Assembly (NCBI RefSeq): GCF_044324875.1
Contig: NZ_CP172185.1
From: Escherichia coli
GTDB lineage: Bacteria; Pseudomonadota; Gammaproteobacteria; Enterobacterales; Enterobacteriaceae
DNA length: 64,000 nt
Strand: one strand, 5' to 3'
The first letter of the stretch is position 1, and each line of letters begins with the position of its first letter. A program made the translations under genes and the position numbers. Shown here piece by piece: positions 50,456 to 59,907 of the stretch. The notes under the pieces were generated by a model. It saw only the letters and a program-made list of their open reading frames with translations, searched no databases and was not told the DNA's origin.

Positions 50456-51535
50456 TTACTGCATCATGACCTCACGAACGAAATCTTTTTTGAGCTGTGT
50501 ACTGTACGCTTTGCCATAAAACTCCACCGTGGGCTCCGGGATCTCATTCAGATCCGGACGGAGCTGTTTGTTCATCGGCGTGGAGCCGAAGACTTTACTC
50601 AGTGCATGTTGCGTTTCAGGCTGAATCAGCCAGTTGAGGAATAAGCGTGATGCCGCCGGATGTGGGCTGTTGGCGGCAATGGCAGCGATGTTACCGCCGC
50701 CAGGCATGCCAAACTCCGGTACGTAAAATTTCAGCCGCGAATTGATAGCCCCGGTTTTTTGTAGTCCGACAAGATGATCTTCCCAGGATGGTGTCAGCAT
50801 CAGCTCGCCGTCATTCAGGCGTGTCAGACTATCAGCACCGGAGGCCGTGCGGGTAATTTTGTCCTTATTAGCGGCAAACCACTGCCAGCCTTTCTGCCAG
50901 TTTTTCACCACTGCCGGGTCAACGCTCTCCGCTTCGCTGTTAAACGTGTCGCCCTGAGTAGTGACGATGCGCTGGATAAAGGCTTCCCCAGCGCCGCCGT
51001 TGTTCGGGTCGTTATAGCCGAACTTTTTCGGGTTGGCGTCGATAAAGCTCTGCAACTGCTCCAGCGTTTGTGGCAGCGCCCGGTCACCCATCTGCTGCGG
51101 GTCGTAAGCAAATCCGGTCTGGTTGCCCCAGAACGCCACGGCATAACCCTGGGTGTCAACGTTCTGAATCTGGTGAATGGCGTCGCCATAGCCCGGCAAA
51201 TCGTCCACCTTCGCCAGCGCTTTCGCTCCCATTGCCACTGGCAGTTGCGCAACAGACAAGGCGATAACATCTATTTTACCTTTTTTTTTCCCCGCTTCTG
51301 CCAGCAACTTGTTCACGTTTCCGTCGATATTCCCTTCCGGGATGCGCACCTTAACACCGTACTGCTGCTCAAAATCCTTCACAAAGCTGCGCCACTGCGG
51401 CTGTAAGTACCAGACGTTAAAGGTCACGCTGCCCTCTTTTTTCGCTTGGGCAATCAGGTCGGGGCTATCCGCCGCCGTTGCCAGCGAGCTGCACAGCAGG
51501 CCGCCCGCCAGAATCATCACTGTTTTTTTCATCAC
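50456..51535 (-). CDS. ABC transporter periplasmic substrate-binding protein
   Basis: 359-aa ORF with signal peptide; last gene of a four-gene ABC operon. Confidence 0.8.
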   Translation of the reverse strand: MMKKTVMILAGGLLCSSLATAADSPDLIAQAKKEGSVTFNVWYLQPQWRSFVKDFEQQYGVKVRIPEGNIDGNVNKLLAEAGKKKGKIDVIALSVAQLPVAMGAKALAKVDDLPGYGDAIHQIQNVDTQGYAVAFWGNQTGFAYDPQQMGDRALPQTLEQLQSFIDANPKKFGYNDPNNGGAGEAFIQRIVTTQGDTFNSEAESVDPAVVKNWQKGWQWFAANKDKITRTASGADSLTRLNDGELMLTPSWEDHLVGLQKTGAINSRLKFYVPEFGMPGGGNIAAIAANSPHPAASRLFLNWLIQPETQHALSKVFGSTPMNKQLRPDLNEIPEPTVEFYGKAYSTQLKKDFVREVMMQ

Positions 51536-51553
51536 ATTATCTCCTGTAAAAGG

Positions 51554-52390
51554 TCAGGCTTTTCCCGTGGATTGCGACAGATAGTTCCCCTTCAGCAACT
51601 TCTCAATGATGACCATCAGGATGACATTGGGGATCACCAGAATCATCGACACCACCGCCGCATCCGGGCGGACGAAGGAGTAGCCAAGGAAAGAGTAAAG
51701 AATGGTCGGAACGGTGATAAAGTCCGGCGCGCCCAGCACGTATGAGATGCTGAACTCTTCCAGGCTTCGCACCAGACAAAAAATCAGCGCCGCCAGGAAG
51801 CTCGGTTTCAGCAGCGGCAGATAGGCATTGCAGAAGGTGTCCCACGCGCCGGAGCCCAGGTCGCGGCTGGCGTCGATCAGATCCTGCGGCACCGACTTAA
51901 ACCCCGCAGACATAATGCGGATCGAATAGGGCAGCGTCAGTACCGTATGGCCGATAACAATGCTGATAAACGCGTTGTCGATATTGAGGTTGATCAGCAT
52001 GGCGCTGAAAAAAATCCCGATCAGCATCCCCGGCATCACCAGCGGGATCAGCGTCAGCATCTCCGCCACCGCCTTACCGCGAAAGGTCATGCGCCCGAAG
52101 GCATACGCGGTGGGTAGCGACAGCAGCAGGCTGGCGACCGCTACCGCAGGCGCAATGGTGTAGCTGTTGAACAGCGCCTCGGAAAGCGAAGTCTTTTCCC
52201 ATACCAGCAGCCAGCGGCTGAACGACAGCACGGGCGGGAAGATATCCGGGTAGCTCCACGGATGGGCCGGGTCAACCAGCGACCAGAGGATCGCCATGCC
52301 GAACGGCATGCCCAGCCAGATCAGATTAGCGACCACGAAGAAGATCAGCGAAATCGTCACCACCCGGCAACCGTTGGCAGTGTGGCTCAT
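51554..52390 (-). CDS. ABC transporter permease (second); start set at the downstream ATG
   Basis: the ORF-track start 52438 would add 16 residues (MSHTDYPVRHPQRRGQ) encoded by one copy of a 48-bp tandem duplication. Confidence 0.75.
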   Translation of the reverse strand: MSHTANGCRVVTISLIFFVVANLIWLGMPFGMAILWSLVDPAHPWSYPDIFPPVLSFSRWLLVWEKTSLSEALFNSYTIAPAVAVASLLLSLPTAYAFGRMTFRGKAVAEMLTLIPLVMPGMLIGIFFSAMLINLNIDNAFISIVIGHTVLTLPYSIRIMSAGFKSVPQDLIDASRDLGSGAWDTFCNAYLPLLKPSFLAALIFCLVRSLEEFSISYVLGAPDFITVPTILYSFLGYSFVRPDAAVVSMILVIPNVILMVIIEKLLKGNYLSQSTGKA

Positions 52391-52476
52391 TTGACCTCTC
52401 CTTTGCGGGTGGCGAACGGGGTAATCAGTGTGGCTCATTTGACCTCTCCTTTGCGGGTGGCGAACGGGGTAATCAG
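52381..52476. repeat. perfect 2 x 48-bp tandem duplication spanning the permease1 stop / permease2 start junction
   Basis: TGTGGCTCATTTGACCTCTCCTTTGCGGGTGGCGAACGGGGTAATCAG occurs twice back to back; contains RBS, ATGA stop/start overlap and first codons. Confidence 0.9.
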
Positions 52477-53301
52477 TGTGGCAATCAGCAACGTGCAGAT
52501 GGCCGCCGTGACCATAATGATCACCGCAATCACCGCCGCGTTATTCCACTCGCCGTACTCCATGGCGGTGGCCTGCATCAGCCGCGCCAGCGAGTAGGTG
52601 TTGCGTGGCCCGGCCACCGAGAAGAAGGCGAAGTCGCCCAGCGCGCCGATAAATACCAGAATCAGCGTCACCTGCACGGCGGGCAGCGTCAGCGGCACCA
52701 CCACGCCGGTAAAACTGCGCCAGCGGCTGGCACCGAGATTGCTGGCGGCGTCCAGCACGTCGTTACGGATGGCGTTGACTGCGCCGCCGACGAGGATCAG
52801 GGCGAAGGGCAGGTTTTTCCAGATTTGCAGGATAACCACGCCCCAGCCGAAGTCATCGTTCTGCATCCGCAGCGGCTCGCTGATAATCCCCAGCGCCAGC
52901 AGCAGTTCGTTGATAATGCCGTGATAAGCGACGATATTGACGAACAGAAACGCCGCCACCAGACCGGGGATAAACATCGGCGCACGCAGCACCGCGATAA
53001 TGCCCTCTTTATAGGCCATCGGTTTACGCAGCCACAGCGCCAGCGGATAGGCGAAAATCACCGAGCCGAACGACCCCAGCAGTGACACTTTCACTGAGTA
53101 GAACAGGGCGCTTTGCAACACTTCGTCCTGCAACATATTGCGCCAGTATTCCAGCGAGAAATTGCTGTCGCCTTCGATGTTGAACCAGCCCAGGCTCTGG
53201 ACGATCACCACATAAAACGTCGATCCCATCAGTAGTAGGATCGTGCCCAGCCCGCTGAGCATCAGCAGCCAGGCGACCGCATCATTGCGCCAGTTTTTCA
53301 T
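52435..53301 (-). CDS. ABC transporter permease (first)
   Basis: 288-aa polytopic ORF with permease EAA-like loop region. Confidence 0.85.
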   Translation of the reverse strand: MKNWRNDAVAWLLMLSGLGTILLLMGSTFYVVIVQSLGWFNIEGDSNFSLEYWRNMLQDEVLQSALFYSVKVSLLGSFGSVIFAYPLALWLRKPMAYKEGIIAVLRAPMFIPGLVAAFLFVNIVAYHGIINELLLALGIISEPLRMQNDDFGWGVVILQIWKNLPFALILVGGAVNAIRNDVLDAASNLGASRWRSFTGVVVPLTLPAVQVTLILVFIGALGDFAFFSVAGPRNTYSLARLMQATAMEYGEWNNAAVIAVIIMVTAAICTLLIATLITPFATRKGEVK

Positions 53302-54365
53302 GATACCGGCTCCAGAAAATGGATGGCGTTTTCCGCCAGACGGAAGCAGGCACTCTCGCCGGGGGCGACGGGCGGCTTTTTAATTAGATGTAAGCGGACC
53401 GATAACCCGCTGTCGTTGTGGCCCCAGGCTTCGGTGAGGTTGCCCATAAAGGCCATTTTGTCGAGCGTCAGGGAGAAGTGGTTGTTGCCTGCCTGAGGCT
53501 GGCTGACATACTGCGCATCTTCCGGTCGCCAGCAGATATAGCAGTGCTCTGTGCGTGGCGGCTGTACGGAATGCACATAAAACTCGCCGAGGGCACAGCG
53601 TACCCGGTAATAGCCCGGCTGCTCTGAGGGCGTGACCTGCGCGGTGTCGATATTGGCCGCGCCGATAAAGTCGGCCACAAAGCGGTTGGCCGGACGGTAG
53701 TAAATCTCTTCCGGTTTGCCTATTTGCTCAACATTACCGGCGTTCAGCACCACAATTTTATCCGACATCGCCAGCGCTTCCGCCTGGTCGTGTGTGACGT
53801 AGATCGAGGTGAGCTGATACTGCCGCTGGAGTTCCTTGATTTCAAAACGCACGCTTTCGCGCAGCTTGGCATCAAGGTTGGAGAGCGGTTCGTCGAACAG
53901 GATCACGTCCGGGCGGGTGATCATCGCCCGCGCCAGCGCCACGCGCTGCTGCTGGCCGCCGGAGAGCTGGGCGGGCATTTTCAGGCGCTGGCTCTCCAGC
54001 CCCACCTGCTTCAGCGCCTCCGCCAGCCGGGCCTGCTGTTCACTGATAGCGACTTTTTTCTGCTTCAGGCCGAAGCAGATGTTGTGTGCCACGTTGAGGT
54101 GCGGAAACAGCGCATAGGACTGGAAACACATGGCGGTATTGCGCTTTTCTGGCGGCAGGGCGTTGACCGTTTTATCGCCAATCAGAATGCGTCCGCTGTC
54201 CGGCTGGTGAAAACCGCCGATCATTTTCAGCAGGGTGGTTTTACCGCAGCCGCTCGGCCCAAGCAGGGTCACGAACTCCCCCTCTTCGGCGCAGAACGAG
54301 ATTTCCCTGGCGGCATAGAATTCGCCGAAGGTTTTGGTCACCTGTTCCAGAACCAGTTTTGACAT
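53298..54365 (-). CDS. ABC transporter ATP-binding protein (PotA/MalK-like)
   Basis: Walker [10 protein letters not shown], signature [14 protein letters not shown], Walker [12 protein letters not shown]. Confidence 0.9.
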   Translation of the reverse strand: MSKLVLEQVTKTFGEFYAAREISFCAEEGEFVTLLGPSGCGKTTLLKMIGGFHQPDSGRILIGDKTVNALPPEKRNTAMCFQSYALFPHLNVAHNICFGLKQKKVAISEQQARLAEALKQVGLESQRLKMPAQLSGGQQQRVALARAMITRPDVILFDEPLSNLDAKLRESVRFEIKELQRQYQLTSIYVTHDQAEALAMSDKIVVLNAGNVEQIGKPEEIYYRPANRFVADFIGAANIDTAQVTPSEQPGYYRVRCALGEFYVHSVQPPRTEHCYICWRPEDAQYVSQPQAGNNHFSLTLDKMAFMGNLTEAWGHNDSGLSVRLHLIKKPPVAPGESACFRLAENAIHFLEPVS

Positions 54366-54580
54366 GAGTCTCTCTTCTATCGGTTAAAAAGATGATTATT
54401 AAATTTACATACTAAACATTAAATTTATGTGACACAGATCCTTAAAGCTAAAAAATGATCTAAATATCAAATTAAAAGCATATAAAACAATGGATTAACC
54501 ATAAAATAACAAAAACATCTTTCACATTTAAATTTAAGTAGTAAAGTTAATTACCATCTTACATTCGAGAGGAAAAGAAG

Positions 54581-55411
54581 ATGGCGTTTAACTTTCACCG
54601 GGCGGCAGAGGGGATCGTGCTGGCCAACAGCCACCGAGGTTATTCCAGCTGCGCGCCGGAGAACACATTCCCGGCCTTTGAAGCCGCCCGCCTGGCGGGA
54701 ACCCACTGTATTGAAATCGATATCCACCTGACGGCGGATAACCAACTGGTGGTCACGCACGATCACCGTATCGACCGGGTATCCACCGGACACGGATTTG
54801 TGGAGCAGATGACGTACCCGCAGCTGCTGGCGTGCGACTTTGGCGTGAAATACCATCCGTCGTTTGCCGGAACGCGCATCCCCTTGCTGGCGGACGTGCT
54901 GCGCTGGGCGGTGGAAAACAGCATGGGGCTGATTGTTGAGGTCAAACAGCGCAACCGCCATGACGAGTTTGTGGCGGCGCTGGTCGCACTGCTGCATGAG
55001 CATCTGGATGCCCTCGGCCATATCCAGTTGCTGGGCTTCAACCATGTGCTGATCAACCGGGTGAAGGCGCAAATCCCGCAACTGGCGTTACAGGTGGTGA
55101 CGCTGGAGCGCTACAATAACCAGCTTGCGGCGGTACAGCAGTCCAATGCCGGATGCGTCTGCTTTGAGTTCGAGTTCGCCCATATCGACGACCTGCGGGC
55201 CTACAAAAATGCCGGACTGGGCGTGCGGATGTATCTGCATGAAATGAAAAACGGCATGACGCCGCTGGAGCAGTACGACTATAAATTCGGCTGTGACAGT
55301 CGTCCGGTGATTATCGGCTGGATGCAGGCGGGGCTGATTGATATGCTCAGCCACGATGATATTCCGTATTTGCAGGGACTGATTGAAGAAGCAGGCCTGC
55401 GCTGGAACTAG
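54581..55411 (+). CDS. glycerophosphodiester phosphodiesterase-family protein
   Basis: 276-aa ORF with HRG...ENT..AF...EIDIHLT motifs. Confidence 0.8.
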   Translation: MAFNFHRAAEGIVLANSHRGYSSCAPENTFPAFEAARLAGTHCIEIDIHLTADNQLVVTHDHRIDRVSTGHGFVEQMTYPQLLACDFGVKYHPSFAGTRIPLLADVLRWAVENSMGLIVEVKQRNRHDEFVAALVALLHEHLDALGHIQLLGFNHVLINRVKAQIPQLALQVVTLERYNNQLAAVQQSNAGCVCFEFEFAHIDDLRAYKNAGLGVRMYLHEMKNGMTPLEQYDYKFGCDSRPVIIGWMQAGLIDMLSHDDIPYLQGLIEEAGLRWN

Positions 55412-55426
55412 AAAAATAAGGACACC

Positions 55427-56539
55427 ATGAACGCCCACTCTGAACGCCTTGAACTACGTGGTTCGCAGCGCCTGCTGCTGGAACTGATCCGTCTCCACGC
55501 CCCGGTGACGCGGGCTGAACTGGCACGGCTGTCGGGACTGACGGCGGGGGCGATCACCCAACAGTGCCGAGAGCTGATGTTCTCCGGCCTGGTGGTGGAA
55601 GGGGAGCGCAATACCGGGCAGCGCGGCCAGCCGTCGCTGCCGTTGCGCCTTAACCCCGGCGGCGGTTGTGCTATCGGGTTGTCGTTCAGTCCCGGTTTTA
55701 TCGATATGACGGTGGTCGATCTCAGTGGTCGCCAGCTGCTGTCGCTTTGCGAAGCACATCAGGAGAATCAGCCACTGGAGGCCTCTCTCGCGCAGATCAA
55801 AACCTTGGTGGAGAAAATGCTGAAAAAGCGCCAGCTCCAGCACGCACGTATTCTCGGCATTGGCTATGCAGTGCCCGGATTTCTGAAAGCGGATGGTCGC
55901 AAGCGCCACAGCGTACCGTGGCTGGAGAGCTGGCGTGAGGTAGATCTCCAGCAGGCGTTTGCCGACAACCTGCCGTGGCCGACGTGGGTGGAAAATAATG
56001 CCAACGCCTCGGCGGTAGGTGAACTGTACAGCGGCAAATGGAATGCGTACAGCGATCTAACCTTTATCGACCTTGGCTACGGTATCGGCGCGGGTATTAT
56101 CTCCGGGAATAAAATGCTACGCGGCGGGTTCTGCAATGCCGGTGAAGTCGGGATGGCGTTTCCATCCGGTACACCGCGCCCGTCGTATAAGGATTTGCTT
56201 GCCACACTGGAGCGTGAAGGATTCAGTGAAACTAAGCTACCGGAGCTGATAGCCGGGCAGCACCCACTGCTGGAAAGCTGGTTTGAACGCTGTCGTGGCC
56301 AGGTGGAGCAGACGCTCTTCAGCTGTGTGCAGTGGGTAGACCCGCAAATCATCGTACTCGGTGGCGCGATGCCGAAACCGATTATCAGTCGTCTGGTGCA
56401 GGAACTGAATCAACTGATGGAAGCCTGCCTCGATCCCAACCGCCCCAGAGTGAAGTTAGCTGCCTCTTCGATGGGAGCACAGAGTGCGTCATGCGGCGCG
56501 GCGATGCTCCCGTTGTATAAGGTGATTAATAATGGATAA
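55427..56539 (+). CDS. ROK-family (NagC/Mlc-like) transcriptional regulator
   Basis: 370-aa ORF with N-terminal HTH and ROK sugar-kinase-like fold motifs. Confidence 0.8.
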   Translation: MNAHSERLELRGSQRLLLELIRLHAPVTRAELARLSGLTAGAITQQCRELMFSGLVVEGERNTGQRGQPSLPLRLNPGGGCAIGLSFSPGFIDMTVVDLSGRQLLSLCEAHQENQPLEASLAQIKTLVEKMLKKRQLQHARILGIGYAVPGFLKADGRKRHSVPWLESWREVDLQQAFADNLPWPTWVENNANASAVGELYSGKWNAYSDLTFIDLGYGIGAGIISGNKMLRGGFCNAGEVGMAFPSGTPRPSYKDLLATLEREGFSETKLPELIAGQHPLLESWFERCRGQVEQTLFSCVQWVDPQIIVLGGAMPKPIISRLVQELNQLMEACLDPNRPRVKLAASSMGAQSASCGAAMLPLYKVINNG

Positions 56540-58036
56540 GAAGTTATGTGATTGTTGCTTCTGAAAGTGATATTTTATGTTGTTAAAATGTAAAGTAATA
56601 ATACAATGAGCTATCCATGATGGGGTTCTGTAAATAAACAAAACACTCTCTTCAATTCTGCTCACCTTCGGTATTTGTGTATCATCACTGGCTACTGATA
56701 AAAACAGAACCGTCAGTTTTCCACGATGTGAAGGGCAGGAATCATCGGCTGTTGCAGCCAGCGTCAAACGGGACTATCTCCAGAAACAGGTGCTTCACTG
56801 GAAAGATGACTAGGTGATCTTCAGTCAGCAGCATCCTGTTGTCTGGGTGAATCTTCGTGAGCTGGTAAGTAAAGGTGATAATTTAGTCACAGTGCATCTC
56901 ACCGCCCGGGGGAAGAAAGCCGATATTCAGTATCGGGTGCGCATTGACTGTAAGAACGAAAACGCTATCTGGCAGCGCCAGAGATGAACGTATGGAGATA
57001 ATCACAGAGTATGAACAAACGGACTCTACATGTTCATTATGACTAAAAAACGCTGTTTTATTTTACGTTGCTGTCATAACGTGTTTATCTCAATTTTCGG
57101 GAACATGTTCTTAGCGGTTAGACTGGCCCCCTGAATCTCCTGCGTTTGAAGGACAGTAACAGGTTAAGTGATAACAGATGTATGAAAATATAGAGATACA
57201 TCCAAGGAAGAGCCACTTTTGCGCCGTTCGTGACAGTTTTGTCATGTCCTTGCTCCGGCCTGGTTTATGTTCATAAGTCCTTCTTCACCAGTATCTTTGT
57301 AAACCTTCACCCAGTGCCAGATAATGGTTTCATTTGATATATTAAACTGTGTAGTGGCCTAGCGCATGGTAAGTTCTTCACTCAAACCTTCAGGACAACT
57401 GTCAGTCGAAACTCAGGAGAGCCGCGGTCATTTTGCCATGTAATACCATCAATACCGTGGAGTTGCCAGCCCTTGACCCAGCATCGCTCTGATGTTTCTT
57501 CAACACCAAAACGTTCAGCGGTACGACGTGTACCATCGTGTCCGGCAATATAATGATTAACTACAGCTTATTCGGTTTAGAGAAAATATTTTGGCTTTGC
57601 CATAAAAACTAACCTTAATCAGTTGGATGTCCAACTTTTGGAGGGAGAGTCCAACGATGGTACAGGATTTATTCATGTTAATTTTTCACAAACTCCTTTA
57701 TTCGTGTGATGTTAATCACAAAATACCAAAGAGAACGTTGAAAAAATAATGATACATTGTAAAAGATATATTAATTAATTTTTCATAATTTTATTATATA
57801 TGCTGCATGTCAATTATTTATATACCAAAAACCGAACAAAAATATTTATTATAGGTATTATGAAATAACCTTTCCATATTGTTTATTTTAATGCAATCAG
57901 CACAGATTACTTCAAAAATATAATTAGATGCATGAAAAGGGAGAAACAATATATTTTATTGTTTAAGATATTTTGTTCAACATGTATGCTGAGAGATAAA
58001 CTTATCGATACTTAAAAAATCCGAAAAGGAGGAATA

Positions 58037-59596
58037 ATGATAACAAAAAGAGAAAGACGTTTCCTGAGAACAGTAGAATGGCTTGGCAATGCACTTCCTC
58101 ATCCCGTCATCCTGTTCATAATATTAACAATTTCCTTAATTGTAGTTTCGATGATTGGACAATATTTTAATATTAGCGCCCCAGACCCAAGACCACCTGG
58201 AGCTAAAGGCCGGAATGATGATGGTATTATTTATATTGTAAGTTTACTGGATGCAGATGGAGTTCGTAAAATTCTTTCGAATCTGGTTACTAATTTTACG
58301 GGATTTGCACCACTGGGCACTGTTCTGGTTTCTCTTCTTGGTGTTGGTATTGCAGAACGGTCCGGGTTAATTTCAGCAACCCTTCGTCTTATTGTGACAA
58401 AAGCCCCTGCAAAAGTAACAACTATAGCTGTTGTCTTTGCCGGTATCATGTCCAACATGGCTTCAGAACTTGGCTATGTCGTTTTAATACCACTTTCGGC
58501 AATACTTTTTCATTCTCTGGGAAGACATCCCTTGGCCGGGCTTGCTGCTGCTTTTGCGGGAGTCTCGGGTGGCTATTCAGCAAATTTAGTATTAGGTACA
58601 ATCGATCCGCTCTTGTCAGGAATCACCCAGCAAGCAGCGCAAATTGTATCATCTGATTATATTGTAGGGGCTGAATCCAACTGGTATTTTATGTTTGTCA
58701 GTACATTTTTTATAACACTCATGGGGTACCTGATAACAGAAAAAATAGTTGAACCACAGTTAGGGAAATACAAGGGTGGAGGGTTCAATCAGGATGAACA
58801 GTCAATTCGTAATTCATCTGATGTTACAGCAGTTGAGAAAAAAGCGTTAATGCTGTCCTTTTTATCTGTACTTCTACTATCTGTTATTGTTGCCATTCTG
58901 GTTATTCCTGAAGATGGAATCTTACGTAATCAACAAACAGGATTAATCAGCAATTCTCCATTTCTTAAATCAATAGTGGCTTTCATTTTCATATTCTTTT
59001 CATTAGCTGGTGTAGTATATGGATATACAGCGGGAACAATAAAAAATAGCAAAGATATTGTTGATGCCATGACTCATTCAATGAGTACATTAGGACTTTA
59101 TCTGGTCATTATATTTTTTGCCTCTCAGTTTGTAGCTTTGTTTAGCTGGACAAATATTGGTCAGGTTATTGCGGTTAAAGGCGGGAGTTTTCTGAATAGT
59201 CTTGATTTGCCAGATTCCGTAATATTTATTGGATTTATATTGATTTGTGCTGTCATTAATTTAATGATTGGGTCCGCATCTGCTCAATGGGCAGTAACAG
59301 CACCAATTTTTGTTCCTATGTTAATGATGGCAGGATATGCCCCTGAAGTAATACAGGCTGCTTATAGAATTGGAGATTCAGTAACAAACATTATTACTCC
59401 AATGATGAGTTATTTTGGGCTTGTTATGGCTATTGTACTTAAATACAAAAAGGATGCCGGTGTTGGGACTTTGATATCAATGATGCTTCCATACTCCATA
59501 GTTTTCCTCGTCGGGTGGTCTGTATTCTTTGTTATATGGGTCTTTGTACTGAACTTACCCGTTGGCCCCGGGGCATCGACCTATTATCTCCCATAA
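58037..59596 (+). CDS. AbgT-family transporter
   Basis: 519-aa AT-rich polytopic ORF; N-terminus RFLRTVEWLGNALPHPVILFIIL typical of AbgT family. Confidence 0.85.
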   Translation: MITKRERRFLRTVEWLGNALPHPVILFIILTISLIVVSMIGQYFNISAPDPRPPGAKGRNDDGIIYIVSLLDADGVRKILSNLVTNFTGFAPLGTVLVSLLGVGIAERSGLISATLRLIVTKAPAKVTTIAVVFAGIMSNMASELGYVVLIPLSAILFHSLGRHPLAGLAAAFAGVSGGYSANLVLGTIDPLLSGITQQAAQIVSSDYIVGAESNWYFMFVSTFFITLMGYLITEKIVEPQLGKYKGGGFNQDEQSIRNSSDVTAVEKKALMLSFLSVLLLSVIVAILVIPEDGILRNQQTGLISNSPFLKSIVAFIFIFFSLAGVVYGYTAGTIKNSKDIVDAMTHSMSTLGLYLVIIFFASQFVALFSWTNIGQVIAVKGGSFLNSLDLPDSVIFIGFILICAVINLMIGSASAQWAVTAPIFVPMLMMAGYAPEVIQAAYRIGDSVTNIITPMMSYFGLVMAIVLKYKKDAGVGTLISMMLPYSIVFLVGWSVFFVIWVFVLNLPVGPGASTYYLP

Positions 59597-59907
59597 AGTC
59601 AATCATACATATCATAATGGAGAATATTATTCTCCATTTCCAGGTTGAATCAATATTAAACCCATGCAGCCATAAAAACTTTAGCATTTTAAGTGTCAGG
59701 ATGTTTCTATGTAAAAATCACAATAATTTACACAATACAAATAAATATATAGTTGATTACATTGAAGATTGCAATCACAATGTAATTAAATAGAAAATCA
59801 ATTGTATGACTCCGGCTCAATGCCGACTTAACATCTGTATGCTGAGGTAAGTTTACGCTTCCGACTTTCTGTTATTTTGGTGATTATATTTTCAGGGGAA
59901 ATTAAAA

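Noticed and set aside
50774-51406. 210-aa plus-strand ORF
   Set aside because: Antisense to the ABC substrate-binding protein gene; Arg/Ala-rich low-complexity translation typical of GC-rich antisense frames.
53724-54362. 212-aa plus-strand ORF
   Set aside because: Antisense to the ABC ATPase gene, which has unambiguous Walker motifs; rejected.
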